Source of the DNA: Nitrososphaerota archaeon
GTDB taxonomy: Archaea; Thermoproteota; Nitrososphaeria; Nitrososphaerales; Nitrosopumilaceae
Direction: 5' to 3'
DNA: 32,000 nucleotides
Assembly: GCA_022564515.1 (NCBI GenBank)
Contig: JADFLH010000006.1
Location: forward strand, 5,326 to 37,325
Under the pieces are notes generated by a model, which did not search any database, was not told the origin of the DNA, and worked only from the letters and a program-made list of their open reading frames with translations. Shown here piece after piece: positions 1 through 7,887 of this stretch; the first letter of the stretch is position 1; each line of letters opens with the position of its first letter. The translations under genes were made by a program, and so were the position numbers.

Positions 1-116
1 TTCTTGCCTCAAAAAGTTCATCATTGATCTCAAACAAAAGCTACAGAATTCTAATGATCATTTTAAGCGGAGTTTTGGTATATTTTGGAATAACGTTTTT
101 GATTGAAGCCTAAGTC

Positions 117-389
117 CTAACCACAGTCCATTATTTCAATTTCAGCTTCGCATTCATCATTGAAGGAATCTATTTGAAAAACTATGGTTTCACAAAATTC
201 AGGATCAAGTGTTTTCTGGTATTGCTCAATATCATTCAGTATGCGGATATGCTTAACGGAGCATGAGTCCCAAGCAATTCCAAAAAGTAGCGCAATTGAA
301 ATTCCTATAACTATCACAACAAGATTTCTTATCGTCTTAGGTTTTAGAGATGTCAATTTCGATTGTAGAGACTTTACGTAGTTTTCCAT
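117..389 (-). CDS. hypothetical small protein with one hydrophobic (TM-like) segment
   Basis: 90-aa ORF. The segment LVVIVIGISIALLFGIAW looks like a single TM helix. The start overlaps the Alba 3' end by 53 nt in another frame. I recognise no family. Confidence 0.4.
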   Translation of the reverse strand: MENYVKSLQSKLTSLKPKTIRNLVVIVIGISIALLFGIAWDSCSVKHIRILNDIEQYQKTLDPEFCETIVFQIDSFNDECEAEIEIMDCG

Positions 390-939
390 CTTGAGATGTC
401 AAAGAATCAGAAGATATCCTTACATCACTTACTAGAAAGCCTGCAGTGCTCATTCTTTTAACAATCATTTGAGATACATCCACTGCATGTGTAATTTTTT
501 TTCCTCTAGCCTTTATTGTAACGGTTGGTAGAATCGCTAATTGTGTCAATGTAGCTGTCACATAAGTCATGAGTGGTTTCATTCCAACGTAAACAACATT
601 GCGTTCAGAACGAGCAGAAGTCACTTCAGTTTTGGCCACATTCTCTGCATGTGTTTCAGTTTTTGGTTCCTCCTGTGTAACTTGCACTTTTGTGTCCTCA
701 ACGGTTTGTTCCGATTCTGGTTCAGGAGGTGATTCTGTTTGTGGTTCTGGAGGTGATTCTGTTTGTGGTTCTGGAGGTGATTCTGTTTGTGGTTCTGGAG
801 GTGATTCTGTTTGTGGTTCTGGAGGTGATTCTGTTTGTGGTTCTGGGGTTTGCTCAGATTCCTTTGATGATTCCTTTGTTTTTTGAAATTCTGTGAAAAT
901 TTCTTCGGCATCTGTCGGCTTTTTTTCAGTCTCGCTCAA
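337..939 (-). CDS. albA: Alba-family DNA/RNA-binding protein with a long acidic, repeat-containing N-terminal extension
   Basis: The C-terminal ~90 aa (NVVYVGMKPLMTYVTATLTQL...TIKARGKKITHAVDVSQMIVKR...VSTIEIDISK) matches the Alba fold signature as I remember it. The N-terminal ~115 aa is an E/P/T/Q-rich open frame containing 5 x TESPPEPQ. An internal GTG (at VAKTEV) could give a short canonical Alba instead. Confidence 0.85.
   Translation of the reverse strand: MSETEKKPTDAEEIFTEFQKTKESSKESEQTPEPQTESPPEPQTESPPEPQTESPPEPQTESPPEPQTESPPEPESEQTVEDTKVQVTQEEPKTETHAENVAKTEVTSARSERNVVYVGMKPLMTYVTATLTQLAILPTVTIKARGKKITHAVDVSQMIVKRMSTAGFLVSDVRISSDSLTSQDGKLRKVSTIEIDISKT
725..844. repeat. perfect tandem repeat, 5 x 24 bp (ggaggtgattctgtttgtggttct), in frame within the Alba N-terminal extension
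   Basis: Read directly: five identical 24-nt units at 725-748, 749-772, 773-796, 797-820 and 821-844. They encode TESPPEPQ x 5 on the minus strand. Confidence 0.97.
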
Positions 940-980
940 ATCATTGTTCCTACAAATTCAGTTAGTTCATTGGGTTTTAT

Positions 981-1229
981 TTAATGTTTAAGATTTTTAC
1001 GTTCAATATAGTCTTTAAAAATTTTTTCTATTTCATCATTTTTTGAACATACCTTTATCTTGTCAACTAACTCTTTTTCCTCAATTTCATAGCAATTTAG
1101 AAAATCTTGGTAATCTTTGTAAACCAGTAAAACCTTGTCATGAAAAATGCAATGATATAGTTTCTCCTTTTCCATATATTCAGGTTTAATCTTTATTCCA
1201 TCCTTTTCTGCAATTACTGGGTAATCCAC
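981..1229 (-). CDS. hypothetical protein
   Basis: 82-aa ORF in an otherwise non-coding gap. No recognisable motif. Confidence 0.4.
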   Translation of the reverse strand: MDYPVIAEKDGIKIKPEYMEKEKLYHCIFHDKVLLVYKDYQDFLNCYEIEEKELVDKIKVCSKNDEIEKIFKDYIERKNLKH

Positions 1230-1304
1230 AAAGGTAGTGAAACAAGATGATATTTAGATAAATCTCCCGATATCATAATATTGTTTTTTTAATAATACAA
1301 TACA

Positions 1305-2399
1305 ATGGATCAACGAGTAATTTTTCATATTGATTTTGATTATTTTTATGCCCAATGTGAAGAAATTCGCTCTCCAGAATTAAAAACCAAACCAGTTGCT
1401 GTTTGTGTTTACTCTGATAGAGGTGGTGAGAGTGGTGCAATTGCGACCGCAAATTACATGGCACGAAAATTTGGAGTAAAGTCTGGAATGCCAATAAGAT
1501 TTGCTAAAAAAAGATTAGAGGAAAGACCAGATTCAATTTTTCTTCCTACTGATTTTGATTATTATTCTGATATTTCAGAGAAGGCTATGAAAATAATTGA
1601 AGGATTTGCAGACACTTTTGAGTATGTAGGGCGTGATGAGGCATATCTGGATGTTTCAAAAAAAACTGAGGGAGATTTTAAAAGAGCAAGTCATCTTGCT
1701 CAACAAATTAAAAATACAATACGTGAAAAGGTAAAGCTTACTTGCTCTATTGGAATTTCTCCAAACAAGCTAGTTTCAAAAATTGCGTCTGATTTTAAAA
1801 AACCTGATGGGTTAACAATTGTTACACCTGAAAAGGTCGAAGTGTTCTTGGAACCATTAAAAATTAGAGACATTCCTGGCATTGGTAAAAAAACCGAAGA
1901 GAGGTTTAATGAAATGGATCTAGAAAAAATAGATGAATTAAAAAAACTTGATATCTTTTCATTAAATCAACAGTTTGGAAGAAAAACCGGAGCCTTCATC
2001 TACAATTCCGCAAGAGGGATCGATGAGGAGCCAGTAACTCCCAGACCACCTCGCATTCAATACAGTAAGATATCTACTTTGAAAAAAGATTCCAAAGATT
2101 TTGATTTTCTTGCAGTAAGTTTAGAGGAGTTATGTAAAGAGATTCACGAAATAATTCTAAAAAAGAATCTGATGTTCAAGTCAGTTGGAGTCCAATTTGT
2201 TCAAACCGATTTGTCAAGCAAAACAAAATCAAAAATGCTAAGAAATCCAACCTCTAGCCTCGAGGAGCTGGAAAAAACATCAAAACATCTTCTACAAGAA
2301 GCATTAATTGATCAAACACTGGATGTTAGAAGACTGGGGGTAAAGGTATCAGAACTGTCAGAGGTCAAGGGCCAAAGTAGCATTGATAGCTATTTTTGA
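1305..2399 (+). CDS. dinB: Y-family DNA polymerase IV (Dpo4/Dbh/DinB type) with a C-terminal PIP box
   Basis: The N-terminus VIFHIDFDYFYAQCEE, then GVKSGMP, DEAYLDVS and SIGISPNKLVSKIASDFKKPDGLT are hallmark Y-family motifs. The last 8 aa, QSSIDSYF, fit the PCNA-interaction consensus Qxx[ILM]xx[FY][FY]. Confidence 0.93.
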   Translation: MDQRVIFHIDFDYFYAQCEEIRSPELKTKPVAVCVYSDRGGESGAIATANYMARKFGVKSGMPIRFAKKRLEERPDSIFLPTDFDYYSDISEKAMKIIEGFADTFEYVGRDEAYLDVSKKTEGDFKRASHLAQQIKNTIREKVKLTCSIGISPNKLVSKIASDFKKPDGLTIVTPEKVEVFLEPLKIRDIPGIGKKTEERFNEMDLEKIDELKKLDIFSLNQQFGRKTGAFIYNSARGIDEEPVTPRPPRIQYSKISTLKKDSKDFDFLAVSLEELCKEIHEIILKKNLMFKSVGVQFVQTDLSSKTKSKMLRNPTSSLEELEKTSKHLLQEALIDQTLDVRRLGVKVSELSEVKGQSSIDSYF

Positions 2400-2451
2400 G
2401 GATTCAGGATACTTCGGTTCATACTTGAGAAACCGAATTACCTAAAGGTTG

Positions 2452-2469
2452 AAAGTTCTTATCAAATGT
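2452..2469. repeat. degenerate copy (16/18) of the dispersed imperfect palindrome: aaagttcttatcaaatgt
   Basis: Matches ACAGTTCGTATCAAATGT at 16 of 18 positions. It lies 52 nt downstream of the dinB stop, in intergenic DNA. Confidence 0.6.
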
Positions 2470-2537
2470 AATTTAGAATTTAATGAATGAAATGGTGGGA
2501 ATCCTTTTTTACAATTAATGAGATGAAAGTTTCAAGG

Positions 2538-2605
2538 CAGGCAAGTAGGTTCACATTATGTTGTAGGCAAATACAACAAAAGATCGTCCTACTTACCTGA
2601 ATACA
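2538..2605. ncRNA. candidate structured RNA: 12-bp GC-containing stem enclosing a smaller hairpin
   Basis: caggcaagtagg (2538-2549) pairs with cctacttacctg (2588-2599) at 11 of 12 positions. The single C/A mismatch on the + strand becomes a G-U pair on the - strand. An inner stem is ttgta/tacaa (2561-2565 / 2572-2576). The structure sits in a 400-bp ORF-free gap. The strand is unresolved. Confidence 0.25.
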
Positions 2606-2795
2606 CTTTACTCTAATGCCTAAAAAGGAACACGTATTATTTCTACTAGAATTTCCACTCTGTGCTTGAAGTGTGTCTGATCAATAAGGTACTATTTAAT
2701 GACAAATGCTTGTTTCTGAATCTATATCTAGTCCTTTAGCAATCAATTCTTAATTAATTGCATTACACCTTCTGTGCCATCATAATGGGCATGTT

Positions 2796-2996
2796 TTATT
2801 TTAGTGAGGTTTGTAAATACTGCACTTTTTTTTGATTCTGAGCTAACTCTTTCGCATAATCATCGACTAGTAAATTAGTAATTTTTTGTATATACTCTAT
2901 CTCATCATTATGTAGATGGTCACGTCCAGCATCAGCTACATTTTTGATCACAGCACTGATTTCAGTTATTAGAGTAGTTCTAGCCCAAATGCCCAA
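2796..2996 (-). CDS. hypothetical protein (helical, 66 aa)
   Basis: This is the only ORF of 60 aa or more in the 2400-3144 gap. No recognisable motif. Confidence 0.3.
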   Translation of the reverse strand: MGIWARTTLITEISAVIKNVADAGRDHLHNDEIEYIQKITNLLVDDYAKELAQNQKKVQYLQTSLK

Positions 2997-3144
2997 TTAT
3001 ATTACTATAGCAGCTTTGTATTTAATGATGATGTTGTGTCAGATGATCATGTTACACAAACTTTCAAATTTGGAAAGTTTGTTTCATTAAAACTATTCTA
3101 TAGACATTTTGGGTTTTTGGTTTACATCTTACACAAACTAAAAA

Positions 3145-3453
3145 CTAATAATTGATTTTTTTAATTCTTACCTGGCTTCCCTTTGATTCAAAAAAATGTC
3201 CCAAATAATTCTTGAGTTGTTCACCTATTCTAAATCCCAATGCTCCTTCCATCATACCCGACTTTTCGATTATGTAGGACATTTCTGAGCTTATCTGAAT
3301 GTTAAAAAAAGTCCATCCAGCCTTTGTAAACGACTCACTTATTTCAAAACCATTTTTTACTTTGCAAATACTTTCAAGTTCTTGCATTGCTTTTTTCACT
3401 AACTTGATTTCTTCTTCATATTTTCTTGTACTTAGCTGAAATAACGCCCTCAT
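3145..3453 (-). CDS. hypothetical protein; full-length paralog of the frameshifted gene at 12491-12783
   Basis: 102-aa ORF. A hand alignment to the 12491 ORF shares Y..(D/E)I..(I/V)KKA...L...C......G, FF and Y.IE, and the similarity continues after frame correction of the second copy. Confidence 0.55.
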   Translation of the reverse strand: MRALFQLSTRKYEEEIKLVKKAMQELESICKVKNGFEISESFTKAGWTFFNIQISSEMSYIIEKSGMMEGALGFRIGEQLKNYLGHFFESKGSQVRIKKINY

Positions 3454-3513
3454 CAGTATGATTATTCATTTCATCCATAATAACTAGTTCACAACAACTG
3501 ATGACTTTGATTT

Positions 3514-3531
3514 ACATTTGATACGAAATAC
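3514..3531. repeat. degenerate copy (15/18) of the dispersed imperfect palindrome: acatttgatacgaaatac
   Basis: The first 14 nt are identical to ACATTTGATACGAA. It abuts the stop codon of the archaeosortase-like gene and lies 60 nt upstream of the 102-aa ORF start. Confidence 0.6.
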
Positions 3532-4493
3532 TAATTTTGTTGCTTTGTAACAGCTTCATTTTTTTTTATTCGCCTAGTCTCTATAGTCATAACTATCAGC
3601 AAAAATATGAAAAGCCATGGCAGAAACATTATCTCGCCAGCCACTGAATGAAACTCTTCCCATTTGGCAGCATTTGTGGTAACCTTTAGTGCATAAGCTG
3701 AAAGCGCAAAAATTCGAATTACATTTACTGTGATTGTTCCCAAGATTCCTAGTCCAAAGTATACGGCCTTTCTGTTTCTTGGAATGTTCATTTTGAGCAA
3801 AAATGCCATCATTACAAGTGAAAAAATGATGATGCTGTGAACACCTGCGGATGGCCAAAACACCTGCAACACAAATGGCCCATGATCTCCTCTAAGAAAC
3901 ATAATATTGCCTCGTGCAGTAGCTTCACCCAAATCAAATAGAGTTACTAGCCAAACATTAAGATCTACAAGATATGGAACAAAGTATTGTAATGGTCCTA
4001 GTGAATCGTAAGGGAAAAAGGCATCAAGTGATAAAATTATTGCGCTTCCTCCAAGAAAGATTGGCCCCGCCGGTCCTATTCGAATCCATTTTTTTCCAAA
4101 GTAAATAGAAAGAGCTGCAATGACAAATATTGTCATTATGATAAAGTCCCACATCCAGGTCCATGATAAGATTAGCTGTATGTTGTAAACTTCGGCTCCC
4201 TGTTCAATGTATTCTCGTAATCCAAATTCCAGTGAAACGAGATATACAATTACTAGAGCTGCCAAAGGAATCACAACTAGGAGCCTCTTTTTTGAGATTA
4301 CAAACTTTAGGCCTACTAGTTCTGCTACAATAAATGCCAGTGCAAAGAGAAATCCTCCCCGTCCCTGGTTCCAGCTCAGGCTGAATGTATCTGGAAATGC
4401 TACAAGAGCAAACAGAATCGGGCTGGATACAATTGCGATTGCGATATAGAGGTTTTTGTTTTTCACTTTGTTTTTTTCAGTTTGATGGGTCAA
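3531..4493 (-). CDS. exosortase/archaeosortase-family polytopic membrane protein (thaumarchaeosortase-like), cysteine-free
   Basis: 320 aa with about 8 hydrophobic segments. Motif order and spacing resemble the family as I remember it: VFWPSAGVHSIIIF (in place of the xxCSGxxS nucleophile motif), TVNVIRIFAL (NxxRI) 45 aa later, and EEFHSVAGEIMF. The protein has no Cys at all. Confidence 0.6.
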   Translation of the reverse strand: MTHQTEKNKVKNKNLYIAIAIVSSPILFALVAFPDTFSLSWNQGRGGFLFALAFIVAELVGLKFVISKKRLLVVIPLAALVIVYLVSLEFGLREYIEQGAEVYNIQLILSWTWMWDFIIMTIFVIAALSIYFGKKWIRIGPAGPIFLGGSAIILSLDAFFPYDSLGPLQYFVPYLVDLNVWLVTLFDLGEATARGNIMFLRGDHGPFVLQVFWPSAGVHSIIIFSLVMMAFLLKMNIPRNRKAVYFGLGILGTITVNVIRIFALSAYALKVTTNAAKWEEFHSVAGEIMFLPWLFIFLLIVMTIETRRIKKNEAVTKQQN

Positions 4494-4508
4494 TAAAAGG
4501 TTAGTAGA

Positions 4509-4649
4509 TTATTTTTGCTTTATTGTGGAGCTTTTCTTTGCTATCTTTTTTCGTCTTTTTTTCTTGTAATATGCAGAATCAAATCCTGTGTCTTTGCCTT
4601 TCATTTGTTTTTCACCGATGATTAATGCTTTGAATGTTCCCAACTTCAT
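4509..4649 (-). CDS. possible small basic protein (46 aa), below the ORF-track cutoff
   Basis: Hand-translated as MKLGTFKALIIGEKQMKGKDTGFDSAYYKKKRRKKIAKKSSTIKQK. Its ATG overlaps the methyltransferase TGA stop (ATGA). It ends 15 nt before the archaeosortase-like start. Confidence 0.3.
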   Translation of the reverse strand: MKLGTFKALIIGEKQMKGKDTGFDSAYYKKKRRKKIAKKSSTIKQK

Positions 4650-5206
4650 AATTTTTTGAGTAAATTAAATCGAGATTTTTCAGGATCAATTTCTTCATGC
4701 ATGTCAACGTTGCTGATTATCTTTACTTTGAAATCTAACCATCTTTTGTACAAGTTTCTATATCTAGATTTGCCGTCAGGACTAATTAGATCTTCATCCT
4801 CGCCAAACAATTCAAAATTTACAATGTATTTTCTTGAAACCCGAAATAATTCACTTATTGCATCTAGCATATCATTATCATCAATGTAATTCAAAACCTT
4901 GTGAGTGAAAACCAAATCAAATGAAGAATTTTCATATGGCAATTCAAGAATAGAGCCTTTTTTGAACTTGAATGAACCAAGTTTCTGTTTTGCTTTTTCT
5001 AGCGCATGATCATTGAGATCAAGTCCATGAACATCAAAATTCTCAGGAAATGCTCTTAGATCATTTCCTGTACCACAGCCTACCTCAAGAACAGTTTGAG
5101 CCCTTAGTGAAAGAGCCAGGTCACAGATGAATTTCGAAAATTCCTCGTTGTAATTAGAATCATTTGTATTGGCATACTTTGTCCAAAAGTCATTGTCATA
5201 TTTCAT
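4646..5206 (-). CDS. class I SAM-dependent methyltransferase
   Basis: VLEVGCGTGNDL (motif I), an acidic residue after beta-2 (HGLDLN) and FDLVFTHKVLNYI (motif II/III region). Confidence 0.85.
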   Translation of the reverse strand: MKYDNDFWTKYANTNDSNYNEEFSKFICDLALSLRAQTVLEVGCGTGNDLRAFPENFDVHGLDLNDHALEKAKQKLGSFKFKKGSILELPYENSSFDLVFTHKVLNYIDDNDMLDAISELFRVSRKYIVNFELFGEDEDLISPDGKSRYRNLYKRWLDFKVKIISNVDMHEEIDPEKSRFNLLKKL

Positions 5207-5418
5207 AAAATATTTTCAAATCTTACAGTATTTTCATCTTCTTTAACTATTTTGACACCTTTGCTGTCAAAAAAACTTTGTATAGTTCCATTCCATTTTC
5301 TAATGCTTTCAAAACTTGGTCTTTGATTGGTCTTTTTTGCAGTTCCTTTTTTGTAATCTATATACCAGTATTCGTTTGATTTAGAATTAATGTTTGTTTG
5401 TACCCATAAATTTGTCAT
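5203..5418 (-). CDS. hypothetical protein, translationally coupled to the methyltransferase
   Basis: 71-aa ORF whose stop overlaps the methyltransferase start by 4 nt. Confidence 0.45.
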   Translation of the reverse strand: MTNLWVQTNINSKSNEYWYIDYKKGTAKKTNQRPSFESIRKWNGTIQSFFDSKGVKIVKEDENTVRFENIL

Positions 5419-5622
5419 TTTTCTTTCCTGCCACCAAATTTGCTTTGAAATACTAATCAGCTAGAGAGCCAAGTAATCTTTTAGCTGTGAATAATCAAAC
5501 AAATCGGTGCCAGTCTTTCTTAATTTGGCCATAATATTATTACTATAATACTAGTTTAAAGTGGTTTTAATGAATTTAAAAAGTTCAAAAATCATAATCT
5601 GTAAATAGAAAAGTGATGATAA

Positions 5623-6231
5623 TTGTCCGAGCTTGATTACATGGATTTAGAAATCTTGTATCAGGCTAAAAAATCTAAAAATGGCATCAGTCCTGAAGCT
5701 GTTAGCCAACAAGACGTTTTCACTCCTGGAATATGGGAGCTTGTAGACAAGTTTGCTTCCATGCAAGAAAAAAATCTGCTTACCAAAAACAAGGAAGGAT
5801 TGTTTGTTTTAACAAAAAATGGAATTAATACATTTTGGGACATCGAATCTCCCTTGTGGTTGAATTTGTTGAAATTATTACGTGTCAAACCACTAGCAGA
5901 TATCGAATGCGCGAGGTATCTTGAGGAATACATTCCCGCCGTACAACAAGCCCTTGAGATGATTAGAAAAAAGGGATACATTATGATGTCACAGTTAAGA
6001 AAAGAGGAAAAACTACTCAAAATGTTTGAGATATTGCCGGAGGGAGTTGAACAGATTACAAAATTAAAGAAAAAGGACATGTTTGTTGTAAAATCAGGCG
6101 ACAAATTAGTTGTTGAATTAGATGATGGTGATGGAATACTCTATGAAATAATTGATGACCTGGTAAATCCTCTGAGAATGATTAAAACATTATCAGAGGA
6201 CGAGATAAAAAAATACAAGCAAACTCTATAG
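5623..6231 (+). CDS. hypothetical protein (possibly tandem winged-helix-like)
   Basis: 202-aa ORF with a TTG start in the track. An in-frame ATG at 5641 (MDLEILYQ...) is an equally plausible start. No firm family. Confidence 0.55.
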   Translation: MSELDYMDLEILYQAKKSKNGISPEAVSQQDVFTPGIWELVDKFASMQEKNLLTKNKEGLFVLTKNGINTFWDIESPLWLNLLKLLRVKPLADIECARYLEEYIPAVQQALEMIRKKGYIMMSQLRKEEKLLKMFEILPEGVEQITKLKKKDMFVVKSGDKLVVELDDGDGILYEIIDDLVNPLRMIKTLSEDEIKKYKQTL

Positions 6232-6310
6232 TTTTCTTGCACTACTAGCCTTGATATGGTGAATCTGAAAAATTCCTGAAATTAAGAAAAAACAAAGTAT
6301 ATTTTAACTA

Positions 6311-6493
6311 TTGAATCTTATAAATGAAGAAATGAATCTAGAAGTTGAGAATTATAAAAAGATTCAGATTGGAAAAGTCATCAGTAGCAAAGATAGTCCA
6401 GTGGGAATCGATGCCAAAAAAACTCACATTATCATTATTAACAAGCTATTTGAAATTGAGAAACGATTAGATAAACTTGAAAAATCTCGTTAA
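6311..6493 (+). CDS. hypothetical small protein
   Basis: 60-aa ORF from TTG, with an in-frame ATG at 6332. The C-terminus looks coiled-coil (FEIEKRLDKLEKSR). Its stop codon overlaps a palindrome copy. Confidence 0.35.
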   Translation: MNLINEEMNLEVENYKKIQIGKVISSKDSPVGIDAKKTHIIIINKLFEIEKRLDKLEKSR

Positions 6494-6510
6494 CATTTGA
6501 TACGAACTGA
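6493..6510. repeat. copy (17/18) of the dispersed imperfect palindrome: acatttgatacgaactga
   Basis: Read directly. It is preceded by cgtta, so it sits in cgttaacatttgatacgaactga. It lies 68 nt upstream of the UDG start. Confidence 0.85.
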
Positions 6511-6578
6511 TTTACTAGATATCTATTGGGGGGTTGAATTCACTTTTTTAATCTATTTAGATGCTTTAATAGAAAAGT

Positions 6579-7256
6579 ATGAGATTGAAAAAATCCCATT
6601 CCCTAAAAACCATAAACAAAAAAATAATCAAATGCAAAAAATGTCCAAGGCTAAATTCATACATTAAGGAAATTTCAAAAACCAAAGTAAAGCGATTCAA
6701 GGATCAAAAATATTGGGGCAAACCACTGCCTGGTTTTGGGGATATTAACGCTAAAATTCTGATTGTGGGTTTGGCACCAGCTGCACATGGTGGAAATAGA
6801 ACAGGTAGAATGTTTACTGGTGATTCATCAGGGGACTGGATTGCAAAGGCACTATATCAAAATGGGTTTGCAACCCAACCAACTAGCACTCATATTGGTG
6901 ATGGTTTTTCTTTAATTGATACCTACATTACAGCCGTGATTCGTTGTGCTCCGCCACAAAACAAGCCCCTAAACAGTGAATTAGAAAATTGTTCAGCTTT
7001 TTTGAAAAAAGAACTTTTGATTCTTGAAAACGTGAAAATAATAATTTGTCTGGGAAGAATTGCATTTACCAGTGTTTGCAGAATTTTGGCAATAAAGGGG
7101 CAAAAATTTTCTCACGGGCATATGTTTAAGCATGAAACCAGATTCATCATCTGCTCGTATCATCCTAGCAGGCAAAACACAAACACAGGTAGACTGGTTT
7201 GGAATCAGTGGAATTTGATATTTAAAAAAGCAAAGAAATTATCAAATCCCAAATAA
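6579..7256 (+). CDS. udg: uracil-DNA glycosylase, family 4/5 type (GLAPA motif, Fe-S Cys ligands)
   Basis: CKKCPRL near the N-terminus, ILIVGLAPAAHGGNRTGRMFTGDSSG (motif A of the GLAPA type, as in UDGb) and CSYHPSRQNTNTGRL (motif B). Confidence 0.9.
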   Translation: MRLKKSHSLKTINKKIIKCKKCPRLNSYIKEISKTKVKRFKDQKYWGKPLPGFGDINAKILIVGLAPAAHGGNRTGRMFTGDSSGDWIAKALYQNGFATQPTSTHIGDGFSLIDTYITAVIRCAPPQNKPLNSELENCSAFLKKELLILENVKIIICLGRIAFTSVCRILAIKGQKFSHGHMFKHETRFIICSYHPSRQNTNTGRLVWNQWNLIFKKAKKLSNPK

Positions 7257-7294
7257 TCTACTACCTTTTATGATCCATTTTACCCTAAAATAAA

Positions 7295-7828
7295 GTGAAA
7301 AACAAAAAGCTAATTCTGGGAATGATTGCAGCAGCAGTACTAATCGTATTTTCTACAAATTTTCTACCCGGTATCATAGAACCGCAAGAGATTTCAGATG
7401 AATATACCTATGAAACCACGTTTCCAGTTGGCCGTCCAATACAAAATGTAAATGAAAAAACAGACTGCAAAGGAGCTGCCATGTGCATGACAGGCGATGT
7501 AACAAAAATCATTGATGGTGATACAATTCATGTTTTAGGAAAAAAGATAAGACTGGCTCTTGTTGATACACCTGAAATTAATCAACCAGGATTTGTCGAG
7601 GCTACTGATTTTACAAGGCGTCTTTGTCCGGTTGGATCAAGCGTTCTTGTTGATCAGGATGATGGACAGATCATCGACAAATATGGCAGAATAATTGCAA
7701 AGGTTACATGCTCTGGCATGAACCTAAATGAGCAGCTTTTGGAAAACGATCATGCCATAATGCTGACTGGATTTTGTGATGTTAGTGAGTTTTCATCTGA
7801 ATCCTGGGCAAAAAAGTTTGGTTGTTAA
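7295..7828 (+). CDS. secreted/membrane-anchored thermonuclease (staphylococcal nuclease, SNase-like)
   Basis: N-terminal hydrophobic signal/anchor (LILGMIAAAVLIVF), then VTKIIDGDTIHVLGKKIRLALVDTPE, which is typical of the SNase fold. GTG start. Confidence 0.8.
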   Translation: MKNKKLILGMIAAAVLIVFSTNFLPGIIEPQEISDEYTYETTFPVGRPIQNVNEKTDCKGAAMCMTGDVTKIIDGDTIHVLGKKIRLALVDTPEINQPGFVEATDFTRRLCPVGSSVLVDQDDGQIIDKYGRIIAKVTCSGMNLNEQLLENDHAIMLTGFCDVSEFSSESWAKKFGC

Positions 7829-7887
7829 AATTTTGAATTTGTTAAACAAATCATTTAGCTGATCTTAGGATTATTTTCAGCCATGAA

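Noticed and set aside
725-844. Possible CRISPR array, given identical 24-nt units.
   Set aside because: The units are directly abutting with no spacers, lie in frame within a CDS, and no cas genes are present. This is a coding tandem repeat.
599-911. Three additional ORFs (599-886 +, 621-911 -, 690-896 +) with striking repetitive translations (GSGGDSVC..., NHKQNHLQ..., LEVILFVV...).
   Set aside because: They are alternative-frame or opposite-strand shadows of the 5 x 24 bp repeat inside the Alba ORF. The repeat keeps every frame open, and only the Alba frame continues into a recognisable domain.
2640-2725. Possible C/D box sRNA (CTGA motifs at about 2677 and 2716, ATGACA between them).
   Set aside because: There is no proper RUGAUGA C box at the required spacing, and no terminal stem or kink-turn pairing. 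The resemblance is too weak.
3574-4449. ORFs 3574-3858 (-) and 4207-4449 (+) nested in the archaeosortase-like gene. Similar nested or antisense ORFs occur elsewhere: 184-381, 541-732, 1273-1494, 1700-1882, 4656-4889, 5661-6104, 6993-7175, 9060-9326, 9600-9986, 10539-10812, 11057-11994, 13134-13328, 14136-14831, 15220-16188, 19486-19689, 20670-20903, 22342-22545, 23043-23717 and 27074-27304.
   Set aside because: Each lies within or antisense to a longer ORF that has clear family motifs. Their translations are low-complexity or Cys/His/Leu-skewed, as expected for off-frame reads of AT-rich coding DNA.
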